Position numbers and translations under genes: made by a program. Of a stretch of DNA of 64,000 nucleotides, positions 38,889-52,623 are shown piece after piece (position 1 is the first letter of the stretch; the number at the start of each line of letters is the position of its first letter). This DNA is from Marsupella aquatica. Its lineage: Eukaryota > Plantae > Marchantiophyta. The stretch lies in the NCBI GenBank assembly GCA_973895155.1, contig OZ316897.1, forward strand, positions 9,819,832-9,883,831, in the 5' to 3' direction. Below the pieces are notes generated by a model. That model worked only from the letters and a program-made list of their open reading frames with translations, was not told the DNA's origin and ran no database searches.

Positions 38889-41800
38889 TTTGTGTGAAAT
38901 TGACTCTGCGCAAAGGCAGTAGTAAAGAACTGTAGAGAGGTGGACCTACATCCTGTTAGGAGCCAAACAGGAAGGAAGAAAGACAATGATGATCTATCAA
39001 TGTAAAACATCCAATAAGACAGAACACTGAAGAAGAAGGAGGAACAATAGAGATTTACAAAAAATCACGGACAATAGGTTTAGAAAGATGACAGAAAAAT
39101 ATCACAATGACAAATGTAGACACAGGTGCAACAAAATGCCATTTAGAAAGCCTTGGAACCATGATAATGCAGGCAGGTCTGGTCTGGGTTACTAGCCTAT
39201 AACCCTATGACTAGAAAGTGAAGAAATTTCTGTGAGCTTTGTTGGAGCAAGGGTCAGGCTGGAACCCCTGCCCAGACATACAGTACATAATTTCAGTCCA
39301 GATTAATAAATTAATTAATTTTTAAATCAAGGACCCCATAGAAAGGGAGGCAAAAGAAATCAGTTACAATATTATTTGAATCCAAGGCCTATGAGTCCTT
39401 ACTCAAGTGAGCTACCACTCAACCATGCCACCTTTGGCTCTCCGGAAAAAAATTAATTCCAAGCAACAGATTATGGGAATAGCAAGGGCCTCCAAAAATG
39501 TTTACATGCCGGTAACCTGCCTTCCTAACACAAACTGTAACACCATCGAGAGGTCAAATGCCAGTAGGCCGAGTTATGCCCGAGTATGCAACTCTGATCC
39601 AAGCTCACAGAGTTGTAAACACTCTATGAATAATTTGTTTGCCTTGAAGCCTAAAGCTGACCCATCCAACAACACAAACTAGATGATCAACTCGAGAGCA
39701 TTAATTGTTCAAAGCTGACCCATCCAAGAGAGATAGAGGATGGACTCCCAAGCATTAATTAAATTGTTCATTGCACTCATCTGCGTTGGTGTATGAGTGC
39801 ATGAATTTGTTTTGCTGTGAGCTTGTCCGCATGTGCTTCCTTTCACCTAAAGCAAAAGGGGGAAACATGCTTTAGTATCCCAACAAACCCTAGGCATAGA
39901 TATTGTCCAGACCTTCTCCTGGGGGCAATCTACAGAGGATCTGTGGGATTCATTGAAGCAGACCAACAGCATGTCCCTGGATTTGAAAATGAACTAATAG
40001 GGAAAGAGTTGTTTGCAAGCGAACCACTGTAGAATTCTGGGTTTCAAAAAAGGAATCCCAGACAAATGCATGGAATGAACGAATCTTCAATTTGGATCCC
40101 AGAACTCCACCCTTTTCAACCAGAAACCCTTTCTTCCTTTCTTCCTTTCTTCCTTTTTTTATATACAGACAAACATCACCTAACAGTGCAGCAGTTGTGA
40201 TCTCCTGTCATTTATTATAACAATTGGTAGGCGGCGGGTTCGTGCTGGGAAGAGCTCCGCAAACTATGGATCTGGAAGGTGGGTTGTGGGCTGTGGGTTG
40301 TGGACAGGAGGAACAGAAAGAAATCACAGACGAACGCCCCTTCCAATCCTTCCATCCTTCTTCCTGGTCGCAAGGAGTTACATTCAAAGCTTTTTGCGCT
40401 CTCTCGTTCTGATACTGTCGTTACTGCTGTTGTTGCTCAGGCGTGTCAATCGAATCCTCTCCACTGTTGAACCCAATGCTTGGTACTTCATTGTCATTCC
40501 TGAAGAGAGGAGACTATTGGGATGGCCTCTCGACTGCTTCGCCCTCCTTGAATACGTGACATATTCTTTCGATTCCATGTACATGCTCCCACCAACTACC
40601 AAGCTTCCAGTGCTCTTGATTTACACCATGTGGGGATCCCAACAGCTCCGAATCGTGCTGAATGTGCTACTTTAAACAAAGGTTTTAACACCGCTCCAAC
40701 AGAGTTGCTGAAGTCACTCGCAGGAAATTGTCGAAGGCCAAGATTCTTGTGCTCCACTTCTCACGGAGACCTGGGAGATACCGGGAGTCTCCAGCAGAGC
40801 TCTGGAAGCTCCAATTCCGTCGTACTGCACCCTGGAGGACCCCCCTGTGAAACTCTACACGACCGAAAGAAGCTGCAAGTGACAAAATCGGCAGCTACGA
40901 GAGTCCAGATATCTCTTCTTTGCGGCAAGACTTCGTTTACTTCGCTATATTTCAAGTGAGGTACTACGATCGACTCAGGGTGTTACATAGAACCAATCTC
41001 CAGCGCTATGCGGTCCTCCGGTACAATGCCAATCGCCAGTAGATAGTTGGTTTCGAATGGATGTATACAGTCGAGGCGCGAGAGAGTGTTGAGGCGGAGT
41101 AGTCCTCGACAGCGCACAGGCCACGGGCGGTCATGTGTTTACAACGTACCGTCATCATATCCCCTCAGAGAAAACATCGGAGCCGAAAATGTTACTGCGC
41201 TGCGTCTTACAGTAGTTACTTCAGATCCAACCAGTCAAAACAATCGATCAGCTTACATCAATCACAAGCCATCTAAATCTAAACCGAAAATCTCTCTCCT
41301 CACTCTCTCTCTGGCCCCCCTTCTGCCGGGATTGTAGCTTTTTGCTGCGGCCAAAAAACAAATGGCAGAAAGTGGAGAGAACACAACTGGAAAGAAGGAA
41401 ACGACGAGCCCAAAAGGTGTATCCTGTCATGTTTTTTGCAATAAAATTACACAACAACAACAGAACATGGCTTCAATTGAGCGCTCCGCCAGACGGCTTC
41501 CAATTTCAACCGCTCCATCGTGAGAGTGATTGTGGGACCATCGCGGGATGAATCACGACTGGCTGGCATGGGCCAACTATGGTTCCACCCATGCCGGTGC
41601 CAAGGCTTTTGCCTATATGCAATAACTACGACGATTCCACCTCAGTAGCGGGCATCTCGAGCATTTAAGGGTGCTACGTCTCACAGTCAATCATTCTCCA
41701 GTCCTCATGAAGACCTCCTCGAACTCTAGATTCCTCACACCCCAGCTTCGTGGAATTGCTGGGAGACCACGCACGTTTCACAGGAAGGTGGACCAGTCTA

Positions 41801-42199
41801 ATCAAACAATCTACAGTACAGAGACTCAACGAGGTCTTAAAGTCAAGCACTCGGTCCACAAACACTCTACTGTAACAGCAGTCTTGTAGGTCCGCAACAA
41901 AAAGGGAGAATTGGAGAACTCAGGCCATTTCATCAGAGAGAAAGAGAGGACGCGTTTATGACTTGGAACATGGAAAGGAGTTTAAGCTCTGGTAGAATCT
42001 CTTTCGACTCCATAGATTGATATTCCCCTCTGATGCAGGTGCTTTGGCATGCGAAACAAACACTTTCCAGTATAGAAGAACCGTCGCATTGATTGTTAAA
42101 AAGGGCAGGACGAAATTTGGCGTTGTCTAGTCACTCTTTAGTCTTTAAACAACTTTTGTTATTATACAGTAAAGTATGGGATCCTGAAATGAAACACTA

Positions 42200-42530
42200 T
42201 AAAGGTTTAGGTCAGTTGGCTTGGGGATTAATGGTTAGGGGATTAGCCTGAACTCAAGGTCCCATGTTAGATGCCCCCTTCATTCACATAAACAGGTGTG
42301 GAGAGTTCTGATTATGGGATATGAGTTCTGATTATCTCCTTAACCCCTCGTTGCTCACTTTGTGGCCCTGAATTAATACTCTCTCTTTCCTGGTGCGGGT
42401 CCCTGTTGGATCTGTGGGGGCTAACCCTGAGATGGGTTCCCTACAAAAAATGTATGTCACTGCTGGGTGGGGAGAGTCTACTAAGTACTCTTACTCACTT
42501 CCTGTCACTGACAAAAAAATAAAAAATAAA
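42200..42530 (+). mobile_element. Candidate tRNA-derived SINE
   Basis: Degenerate A/B-box-like head (aatggttagg ... aggtcccatgttagatgcccc), A-rich tail at 42513-42530, possible TSD AAACACT. Confidence 0.35.
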
Positions 42531-44228
42531 CACTGGGATCCACCCCAAACGTTTAGGAAATAAGTTTTGAGTGACCAAGCCTGAGTTTGTATCACTACTA
42601 GATTTGCCAAAAAACCCCCTTGCCTGGCACTAAACTCAAGGACTCATTCTTGACAAAACTCTGACAATGACATGGCTGGGATGATCACATGGTCGCAATA
42701 ACACATCAAATGTCTCAACAACTTCCTTGACTGTCTTCCTTGCATTCTTTGTCTCATCTTGACATCTTTTGTGAAGCACACAGGCATTGGGCTAGTAACA
42801 GCCAGAATACCCGTGTTAAGCACAAGAAGAGCTCCTCGCAAGTTTAATTTTTGCTTGAGCTATGATGAATAGTTAACTCTCTCTAAGTGCATCTTTTGTG
42901 CACTAAATGGGGGTTTGCACTATATGATAAGTGCATGATAAGTACAAACCCATAGAATTCTGCAGTTATTGATATGATTGCACCCTCCACCTGTCACTGA
43001 ACAGTCTAAACTCAATGCATAGTCTACACATCAAAATTCTTTATTATTTACTGGATAAATTCTGGCCTGTGGTTTCACTCTATTCAAATTGAGCACTCCC
43101 TGACTGCCTAACTCACTGTTTGAATATAGTGGCTGAGCGTTGTGTTTAGTTAAAGATGCTAGCTTTTGCCTTCTACATCATCATAGCTGTGTTTCCAAGG
43201 AAATCATCATAGCTGTGTATATTATCCAACCTTTCTTGTCGTACCCATTCTTCCAGTGGTTGAAGCTTTTGAAATTTATAACTGGGACTTTCTTGAGAGG
43301 GTAACACCAAAGGAATGGAGCATTCAGGGGGAGCATTGCTTAAGGGATCTATTTAATAAGTTGCAAAGATAGTGTTCACCTAGCAATGGTAGGCCTACCC
43401 ATCTAAGAACAAGCTAGACAGATGAATCTTGTATCTAAAGGACTACCTCTTAACTTTTTATGTTTTGGATTTTTTATCAAGGTGGCAGGTGCCAATTTAC
43501 TCAAAGGTAGGGAGTGACGAAACCCAGCACCCGACATGGGGAACACCAATACCCAACCAAACAGGAAGATCCAAGACAACATGGGTCTTATGGTCCTAAC
43601 TTGGCTGACTGGGGTTCTGGGTGGCCATATTGAGTCTCCAATGGATCCTGGTCAGCCACTTACTGTATGCGATTATATGTGTTGTAGTTCTCTTGGTCGG
43701 AGGAGAAGTTCCTTATGGGATACTATATGGGTGTTAAAAATGTGGAAAAGTGTTAACCCAGACCTGCCCATATAAAAGCCCCATTCCTTCCCTCACTACT
43801 CCTTCCTGTCCTGTGGTGACAGTGTCTCACCATAAAATATGGAGCACAGTTTGCCAATAAAAGGTGGAGCATTCAGCACCTTTTGTGGAGCTCAAGCCCA
43901 TTCCTGAACTTGTGCACTTTATCATGAGAGCTACCTAACCCGTAGCTCCCTATAGGTGCAGTTGTGGTGTAACAAGTTAAAGCACTCTAATAATGAGGGG
44001 ATATCTTTTCTGGTCCTCAGCCTCGGAGGCTTTCTGAAGGTGAGTCATTAACAGAGACATAGAAACTTAGTTGACAATCTTGAAGGCACCAGCTCTCCAT
44101 CTCATTTACTTGGATTTTGACAGTGGGGGCGTGATTGACATTGTATGCTTTTTATTCTCCTACTAGTGAACTTCCCTTTGCCTCCTCAATAACTCCTTGA
44201 TATATGGATTGAATTCATGTTCTAATCG

Positions 44229-44313
44229 TCTCTACAACTTGAGGGTGAGAGTATCAAATGGAGGAGGTTCTAGTAGTCTCTACAACTTGAGGGTGAGAGT
44301 ATCAGATGGAGGA
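44229..44313. repeat. Tandem duplication, 48-bp period
   Basis: tctctacaacttgagggtgagagtatca(a/g)atggagga x2. Confidence 0.8.
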
Positions 44314-45611
44314 GATTTTATGCGTTCCTTATCACCTAGGTGTCTGAAGGAATTTGGAGATTCCATGTGGACCTTTTATTCTTGCTATCAGGTGTGTGGT
44401 GCACATCTAAGGTGACTAAATTCAGAACAATTCTGATGAGGAGCTGCACACGTTTATAATCCTCACCCTTGAATAATCATTTTGATGATTGTCAGTTGCA
44501 TTTGAGTTATCAAATGAAAATCCACATGAGACATCTTCTGAGCCTCTCTTAAAACAGGTGCTCGGAACAGGAAAGCATTTCCAAAGTGCTAGTGACATTC
44601 AAAACACCTAACATGCTTTCTTGTTGGCACACATCTGCCCATCTGCTGATGCACACTAGGCCACATTGTTGATGTACTCTGGGACCTGATTGCAACACCT
44701 CCAAAGACCCTGAACTTGGGCAGGATGCAGGGAGTGGAAGGAAGGTGGAAGCTGACCCATTGGATGATGTATCTTGGTATCAACCTTTATGCCTTAAAGC
44801 CCCACTGTCCCCAAAGCAAAACCTGGTGGATCCAGGTTACTAAAGTAACCCAAAAATGGGATCAAAACAGTAAAAAAGTGCTCTATTTGGTCCTCCCTAA
44901 ACCTGGTGGACAGTGGTGGTCTAACCAGAAAAGGGCCCACCATGGTCACTTTGCACCAAGGATTCTTTCATTCGATAACTGGGACTGCAGTTGGTAACAG
45001 ACAATGCCTTGGTCTGTCCAAGCTTGAAGTTGAGTTTTACTGGAGGGAAATTGGGCCTGAGAGAATGTTGACAGGAATGACTTGCTAGGGTGCTCAGATT
45101 GAGAGGTTTCACACTTCGCAACAATGGAACTGGGTAGAGGACAGGAACAGTTAAATTGACCTGCGATGGGGCTAAGATTGAAAGGTTTCACATATCACAA
45201 CACTGGAACTGGGTCGAGTACACCTATCAGCTTCTAGTAATGCAGGCATGCCTCCAACAGAGGGGAAATTTGGCTGTTGTGTCTGCCACAACCAACACTG
45301 AAGGACGGTAATGGCTGGCAAAATAAAACCTGCAGTGACGTGAGGATTGAGAATAACTCAATAAATCCAACGTCAAGAATTCGAGAAAACGGAAGCCATC
45401 TTAAATATTGCTGAATTCTGGGTGTTAAGCTCACCGTGAGACACCCGTATCAAATTGACAATGGCCTTTTCTTTGCCCTCTCTCTGCCGTTCCTTTGTCG
45501 ATTGTGAACATCAAGTGACGAAGTAATTGCTGGGTAATTTACTCTCTACATTGACGTGCTTCATACAAAACAAAGCACACCACTATCTCCTGCTTTAAAA
45601 ATAGCCAGTGG

Positions 45612-47971
45612 TCAAAATTTGGTTTTGTTTGAAGGTATTCCTTGAAATCTTTCCACTCGCTTCTTCATCTGCTCCTGTTTAGCTGTGGCAACTTTGTTGC
45701 TTGGGTCAAATTGCAGTGCTTCTTCATAAGCCTTCAAAGCCTTGACGTAGTCTTTTTGTGTCTCGTAAGCATCAGCCAAGTTATTCCATGCAGTAACATA
45801 CATAGGTTGAAGCTTGACTGCTTTTTCGTAATTCGTTATGGCGACCTCAATTTTCCCCTCGCTGTAGAAACTGTACCCAAGAGCATTGTAAACCTGCAAA
45901 AACAGGTTTCCTTTCGTGAGGCTACACGAGACTGATAATCCTGAAACACCAGCAACTAGGCCATAGAGAAGGAGAGGCCCTGTAAGCACAGCTCTAGGCA
46001 CAGTCTCTCATGCTTTCTTTCATTCTCGCCCGAGTTCGTTGGATCCTCCTAGACGTAGTTTCCTTTCGTTCAAGTTCTTGTACACTGAAAGACATAATGC
46101 CAAATAAGGTAATTACCATTCACATGGCAACTACACACCCTGTACAAAAAGGGTCGTTACCTGAGCCAAATCCTGCTCTGAACCATCCCATTTCTTTATG
46201 GCGTCGTTCAAATGCTTTCTTGCAACCTGATAGAACTTCTTTCTCAACATCACGGCACCAAGTTCAAAATACTCCAATGATGACGCCTCTCCACTCCGCA
46301 CGCGATCCTGACGTTTCCAGTTGCGATATAAATGTCCAACAAGTCATTTGAAACATGTATGACTTAGAGACTCTTGAGGACAAATATTCAGCGTTCTCAC
46401 AGAGAGATCAAGCTTTCCGTACTGGCAAAATGTATGGTAGACGTAACCAAACTTCCTCGAGATTGAGAAATAGTCTCACTAAAAGGATGTGCATTGTAAC
46501 GAACCTGAAGTTCCTTGGCCGCAGTTTCTAGCTCCCGCTTGATAAGAACTTGACGTACAACCAGATAACTCCCAACTCCAAGGAGGATCAACAATGCTCC
46601 TAGATAGAGCAGTTGTACTCCCACCTCCAGAACTACTCCGACATCTCCATAAACAGGATGAAGAGTCCTAATCTCGCTGGCGTAGACAGGTCCTGAGTAG
46701 AACAATAAAGCTGATAGGCACAATGAGCTTGACAGGCTTACTATCATCTCATTCCTCCGGTGAAATTGTCCTTCATTCTGATCTGCGAAGATGAACAAGA
46801 TTTCAGAACCAAATAACCGCGAAGTCCTCATAAGCCCCTGCAACGGGTGTAGTTAAGCAGCCTTGCGGCCATATACCTCCTGGACAGACAGAACTAATTC
46901 AAAAAATTACTTCGACTCACTGATAACATTTAAGAACAGTCACTTGAGTAACTGGTTTTCTAGAGCGTAAATTCTGGGAGATTGTTAAATAAGAGATGGA
47001 ATAAACTGACAAGTCATCCTGCACAGTACATCTAAAGATAACCGACAGAGTACTCATACGAGATGACATAGTTAAGGAAAAGTAGAAATGCACAGGATGC
47101 CGGGAGAAATCTGCTTTCATCTTTGAAGAACTTTGTGAGAGGAGATCCAAGGATTACTGTATCATTCATCACACTAATGCAAGTCTCGCTTCTTACGAAA
47201 GCCTTTCAATCTGATAGGATTTTACATCATTGAGTAATTTTTGACTCTGTAATCCATAGAGGTAAAATCTAAAGAGACGTGCATAAGCTCAACAGAGAAG
47301 CGGGAAACAAAAAAAGTACCAATTTCCAGCGAGCTGAAGTCTGAGTTGAATGTATTATCCAGCTTCAGGGTCGAGTTCAACTTGTCAAGGGAACTGGTAT
47401 CAGCTCCTTCCTCCCGCATTGTTCTCCTGTATAATCCGGGCCTTGAAAAATGACAGGTCTGAACGCCATCCAGAGACTATCGTCCTCCGCACGTACCCGC
47501 CAAAGGGTCATCAGAAGATAGATTTATAAGAAGAACACACTTTACAAGAGGGACAGCATAGATTTCATTGCCTCATAAATTCTAATTGATAACTCTTGAA
47601 TTTTCGTTATGGGCCCTTGTCCGTCACCATTTTGAACAGGTCATGGGCTTTTATCCCTCACAGCTATCCACCTGAGTGGATTGTGCACTCATTCATGACC
47701 TCCAGCTGAGTAAATCAAAACTATATTAACAAACGGGAGAGTAGTCTGTAACTCCTACTTTTCTCACCTCAGATCGATGACCAGTCCGGGAAGGAAGAGC
47801 CGCACTAGACACCTGCTGCTGCCACTTCTGTCCCATTTTCAACCCATCTCTCCCTACCAAGGAGCGGCATTTCCCAAGCTGAACTACGAGTCCATCCCGG
47901 CGAATCTGACAACCCTTTAGTACAGCGGGCGCTATGTTCCATCCCGTGACTCCCAATGCAATCGACTCCAT
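45612..47971 (-). CDS. PYG7: Chloroplast TPR protein, PYG7/Ycf37-like (photosystem I assembly)
   Basis: Exons ~47971-47768 (transit peptide-like), ~46837-46505 (acceptor uncertain), 46307-46161 and 45893-45612; [45 protein letters not shown]...DLAQ-VYNALG...[15 protein letters not shown]. Confidence 0.9.
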
Positions 47972-48494
47972 CGGGGGACACAGTCAAAGAAACCTAACCA
48001 AGAGCAATTCTGAACAGAGTCAATAATCAACTCCCAATCTTTCACCTTCCCCATAGCAGTAGCCATTCTTACATAATTTTTTTGTTGACCCAGAACCCAA
48101 GAAGAAAACACCAACGAATACAAACTTCTCTACAAAAATATCCAAAAAGCAGAGGCGAACGAGTGCACTTTAAGCGTCAATTGCAAGCTCTGGATGTGAA
48201 TGGCCAAAAGATATCATACGGGCGAATCCATGGGGAGAAAGAAGCTAAAATTCTGACACAACGTTATGCACTCGTTCCGCTATGAAGTTTAAGTTTTTAC
48301 TCACACGGAAATCTCCAGACTCTAGTCGGGAAGACTTCTTCTGTCTCGTGAGAAAGAAAACTCTTCTCCTGCCCCAGACGTTTTCTCCTGACCCAGACGT
48401 TTTCTCCTGACCAGACTTACGACTACGACACGGCAGAAGCAGAACCACCACCCTCCATGGAAGACAATGCGATCTGCCTGGTTGCAAGAAGCGC

Positions 48495-48822
48495 ACCCAA
48501 ATGACCGATGTGGATTCAGAGAGCAATCCAACTCTTTCCAGAAGAGACCAGTCGACGATTCAGCCTGACCCAACTCAACCAAATGAGGGAAGTGGATATC
48601 ACTTAGCGCAATCCAACTCTTCCGAACAGAACAGTCCACGATTCAGCCTGACCCAACTCAACCAAATGAGGAACATGGATGTGACTTAGCGCAATCCAGC
48701 TCTTCAGGCAGAAAAGGACACGATTCAGCCTGAACCAACTCAACTTTGAGGGGGATGGATGTGAACTTAGCGTAATTAAACTCTCGTCAGACCAGAACAG
48801 TCGACGATTCAGCCTGACCCAA
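48495..48822. repeat. Tandem repeat, ~83 bp, about 4 copies, upstream of the PYG7 CDS
   Basis: cgattcagcctga.ccaac at about 48556, 48639, 48721 and 48805. Confidence 0.85.
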
Positions 48823-51029
48823 CGAGGACCAATTGCAGTTACAAATGTGCAGACATGGTGGACTCACCTCCACCTCCTCCTCCACCTCCAAGCTTGGATG
48901 CAGCAGGATCAACCTCGTTGGAGAGAACTCCCATGTCCGTGGAGTGGGACCTTCATTGCATTGTTTCTCTAGTGTACAGTAGAGGTTTTGCGTTTTTGGT
49001 TCGGTGGTTCTGCTGATTTCCCTGCAGGTGGAAACGAGCCATAGCGAGAAGGGCGCTGGCTGGGAACTGGGAGCCTATCCCATTACGGTACCCAATCGGA
49101 TGACCCCCTAATAACCCTACCCTACCCTACCCAAGAGCGAAAGTGACCGACCCCCAGTCCTAAACCACCGTGGTTAGCATGTTACCATGGGTTAGCAAAG
49201 CTCATCACCTGGATGTATTTTTAGTTTCAGGTGCATTTTACTAAACTACCTCCTAAACTGTTCCTTATTACAAACCTGCCCCCCCCCCCGAAACTGGTCG
49301 TTAATTCAAACCTGCCCTCAAAACTACAATATATAGTATACTGCCCCCCAAATCTTATCCAGTTACTTTAAACCCAAATATTGACCAGGCTGTGTTCTTA
49401 TTGGCTGTCAAGTAACCAACATCAACAACCTAAGGTGAAGCTCACCTGCATCCACTTTCATGCAGTCCGTAGCCTTTGTTGGGGCCTAAGATGCAGCCAT
49501 GTCCAACATCTATTGGGCCTGAAGTGCAGCGCAACCATTGGGCCACTTGGACCCAACTCCTACCAGGGCCCAAGTCACAGCCCTGGTTTTCTTTGGGGAA
49601 ACAGCACCAGTGTTGGTATTTTTTTGAGCTGTAAGAGTTCAGGGCTGAACATCACATGTGAAGGGCAGAGAGAGGGATCCTGGTGACTATGGTTCCTTTA
49701 CAGCCAATGGGAACTCAGCCATGGTCCTTTGCAGCCCATCACCTGATTGCACACTAGAGGACCTCTGCTGTTCTGTATTTTACTAACAGGGAATGTACAA
49801 TTTACAAGACTTATGGAGGCCATTTCAACTCTGGTTTGCAAGGGATAATATAGTAATTAAATTAGTTGAGGGGGCAACTTAGTAATTTTTTTCAATTATG
49901 GGGGTGACATAGTAAAAGAACATAGCAAAGCCCAAAACACCTGATTGTGCACTAGTGCACTAATATAGGGAGTGACATGGAGATATAAACTGATTAGAGG
50001 ATTCTCACAAATAGGTTGGTTGCAAGTCGATAAGCACACATATATCTTCTTGCCAGAGAGTGCCTTAAACCACAACTGCACCTATAAAGGGTTACTGGTT
50101 ACCCATAGGTCTCATCATAAAGTGCATAGGTTCAGTTTCAGTAGAAATGGGCTTGAGCTCCACATTTATGGTGAGTATACTGTTCACCACTAGACAAGAA
50201 TGAGCACTGGAAGGCAGGGAAGGGGGCTTTTGTATGGAACCCACCCTCTCTTGTGCGCTTGAGCTTGGTTCTGCAGTCCCCCCAGTCTGCTGTCAATTTC
50301 AACAGCTTTCTTGAGAGTCCTAATCCTACCTTCTTAGTCTTCTTGAGAGTCCTAATCCTACCTGGAATTGTGTGGGACCCACCTCCTAAGTGTACAAGGT
50401 GGGAACTGTGCACATAAAGATTAGAGGAGGTCCAAAGTTTTAGATCTGATACACAATGGGCGACCAAAGCTCGAACAGGTTTCATCTGATAAAGTTTTCT
50501 GGTACCTAAAGGTGGTGCAGGTTAGGTTTGGAGACTTTGGCGCAAACTGTGGCCGTGGTTACACAAGTGTCTCTTACAACTACCTAACACCTTAATATAT
50601 GTTCCTTGCAATTTCAACCATCACCCTGACATTTAGTCCTTGCAAATTTGCATATTGATCTTGTCCTGCAAAGCTTTGCAATCCAAAACCAATGGGGAGG
50701 GCTGAAGTGGGTTCCTGAACCAAAGAGTGCTCCTAATCTATCGTTTGTTGGATGGTCTGCTCTGGGTCGTCTCTCCTCTGTTAAATGGGTCTGCTTTAGG
50801 TTTTCCAAGACACAAAAGAGTGCTTCATTACATGAGATTGGACAACGCTATACACTCAAGTGGAGAATTTGTTTTTCCTTCATCACATCTTTTGCCAATC
50901 ACCTTTGTCCATACCATTTTGCAAATTTTGAGGCCTATCATTGATACATTCTGGAATATATATTTTCCTTCACATAGAATTTTTTGTATTCCCAATCACC
51001 TTACACTACCACACATACTTGCATTGAAT

Positions 51030-51125
51030 ACCTAATCCACATTCATGCATTGAATTAACTAATCTACATTCATGCATTGAATTAACTAATCTACATTCAT
51101 GCATTGAATCACCTAATCCACATTA
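51030..51125. repeat. 27-bp tandem repeat, about 3.5 copies
   Basis: taatc(c/t)acattcatgcattgaatta(a)c. Confidence 0.85.
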
Positions 51126-51498
51126 ATCACTGTTTGTAGCTTAACTTTTCATTTCCAATTCAAAGTTGTACATTGGGATGAGTGCCCCTTAGTCATATCC
51201 CCTGCTGCAAAGTTCAGCTTACAGTACTGAGGAGGAGACTTGGCAGGTCAAACACTCAAGACCCAACAATCCATGAGCGTTTCAGTTTTTAGTTCAGAGA
51301 AGAAAACACAACTTTCTCAACCTGATTTGTACAGAGTGCTCATGAGACACAAATGCAAATCCAACCATTACAGGCAGCAAGTCCTGTGTATGAAGTGAAC
51401 CCTTGCCTGTTGGATTCGAAAGATTTACAAAAGGGAGCACATTTTCCACATAGTGTAGTGATGATCAATAATATTACAAGATGACGAGAACTAGATGA

Positions 51499-52587
51499 TC
51501 AACTTTGTGGAGCGACAGGAACTTCACCAGGCAATGGAGCAAGCTCATTTCGACCAAATCTGTCTTCGTCATAAAAACTGGCCCGCACAACTCTTCCTCC
51601 AAAAAAGCGCCCATCAAGATCAACAAGAGCCTTGGTTGTCTGCTCAGACCGTTCAAATTGCACAAATATTCTTACCGCCTCTGTAGCAGGAAAATCAGGC
51701 TCAGTTATCTCAAAAATGAGAACTCGAGTCACTGTGCCGTATTTGGTGCATTCTGATGCTACTTCATCTTCGAGCTCACCGTCAACTTCGCCAGGCCCAA
51801 CCTTCACAGAAAGTTGTGAAACCACAAGAAGCAAATCAGTCCTTAGCTGCCTACGAGCAAATGGGATAAATCACATCTAACACATATTTAGGGACCACAT
51901 TTATGAGGAAAATCTTCCCATTTCAATTTGTTATCCTGGGATAAGTCTGTCTACCACATCCACCACGGACACTCTTTCCCTTCTAGTGATAAGATTGGGA
52001 AGTAATGTCTCGTTCTATCCGGTTACGAGTCTCCACCGCGTTCCTCTGACACTCAAACTCATTCTGAGCTGTAGGGCTTAAATCGCTGCTTTGAAAGCTT
52101 GATACCGGCTTATCTTCAAATAAAGAAGGTAAAAATTCATGAATCATGCTCTTCACACGAACCTACCTGAAGATTTTTAGACATGTCCAATTCATAACCT
52201 AGCTTGTGAAACCTAGAGATAACAGAGGCATCTTGATCTGATGCTAGAAGAAACTTTAGAACACAACGAGTAACATATACCCCAAGCAAAAGCTAATTCG
52301 CTTGCATGTGGAGTCGATTAGAAAATTGAAAGTGAATAAGTAAAACACCACAGCTGCTTCAATGACATCGCGTAAGTGAGGGACCTACAGCCCATAAAAA
52401 AGTAACTTTAACAGACAAAAAGAAACCTAAAACCCCACAGAGTCCATCGACGACACACTCTAATTAACCACAGAAGATAGGTGAGGAAAAGACTGATAAA
52501 CCTACCATGTTACGGAGCAGAACAACACGAGTTGGTGTTCCAGAAATGGAGACGCCAATCTTGGGCTTCTTCTCAGGTTGTTGCACT

Positions 52588-52623
<36 letters not shown>

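Noticed and set aside
40200-41600. Possible small-peptide (CLE-like) or ncRNA gene; SNPLH and NEVPS strings
   Set aside because: No complete CLE dodecapeptide, no signal peptide ORF and no conserved miRNA recognised.
49230-49895. Possible Mutator-like MITE (similar hint at 36490-36690)
   Set aside because: The inverted repeats are too degenerate and no TSD was resolved.
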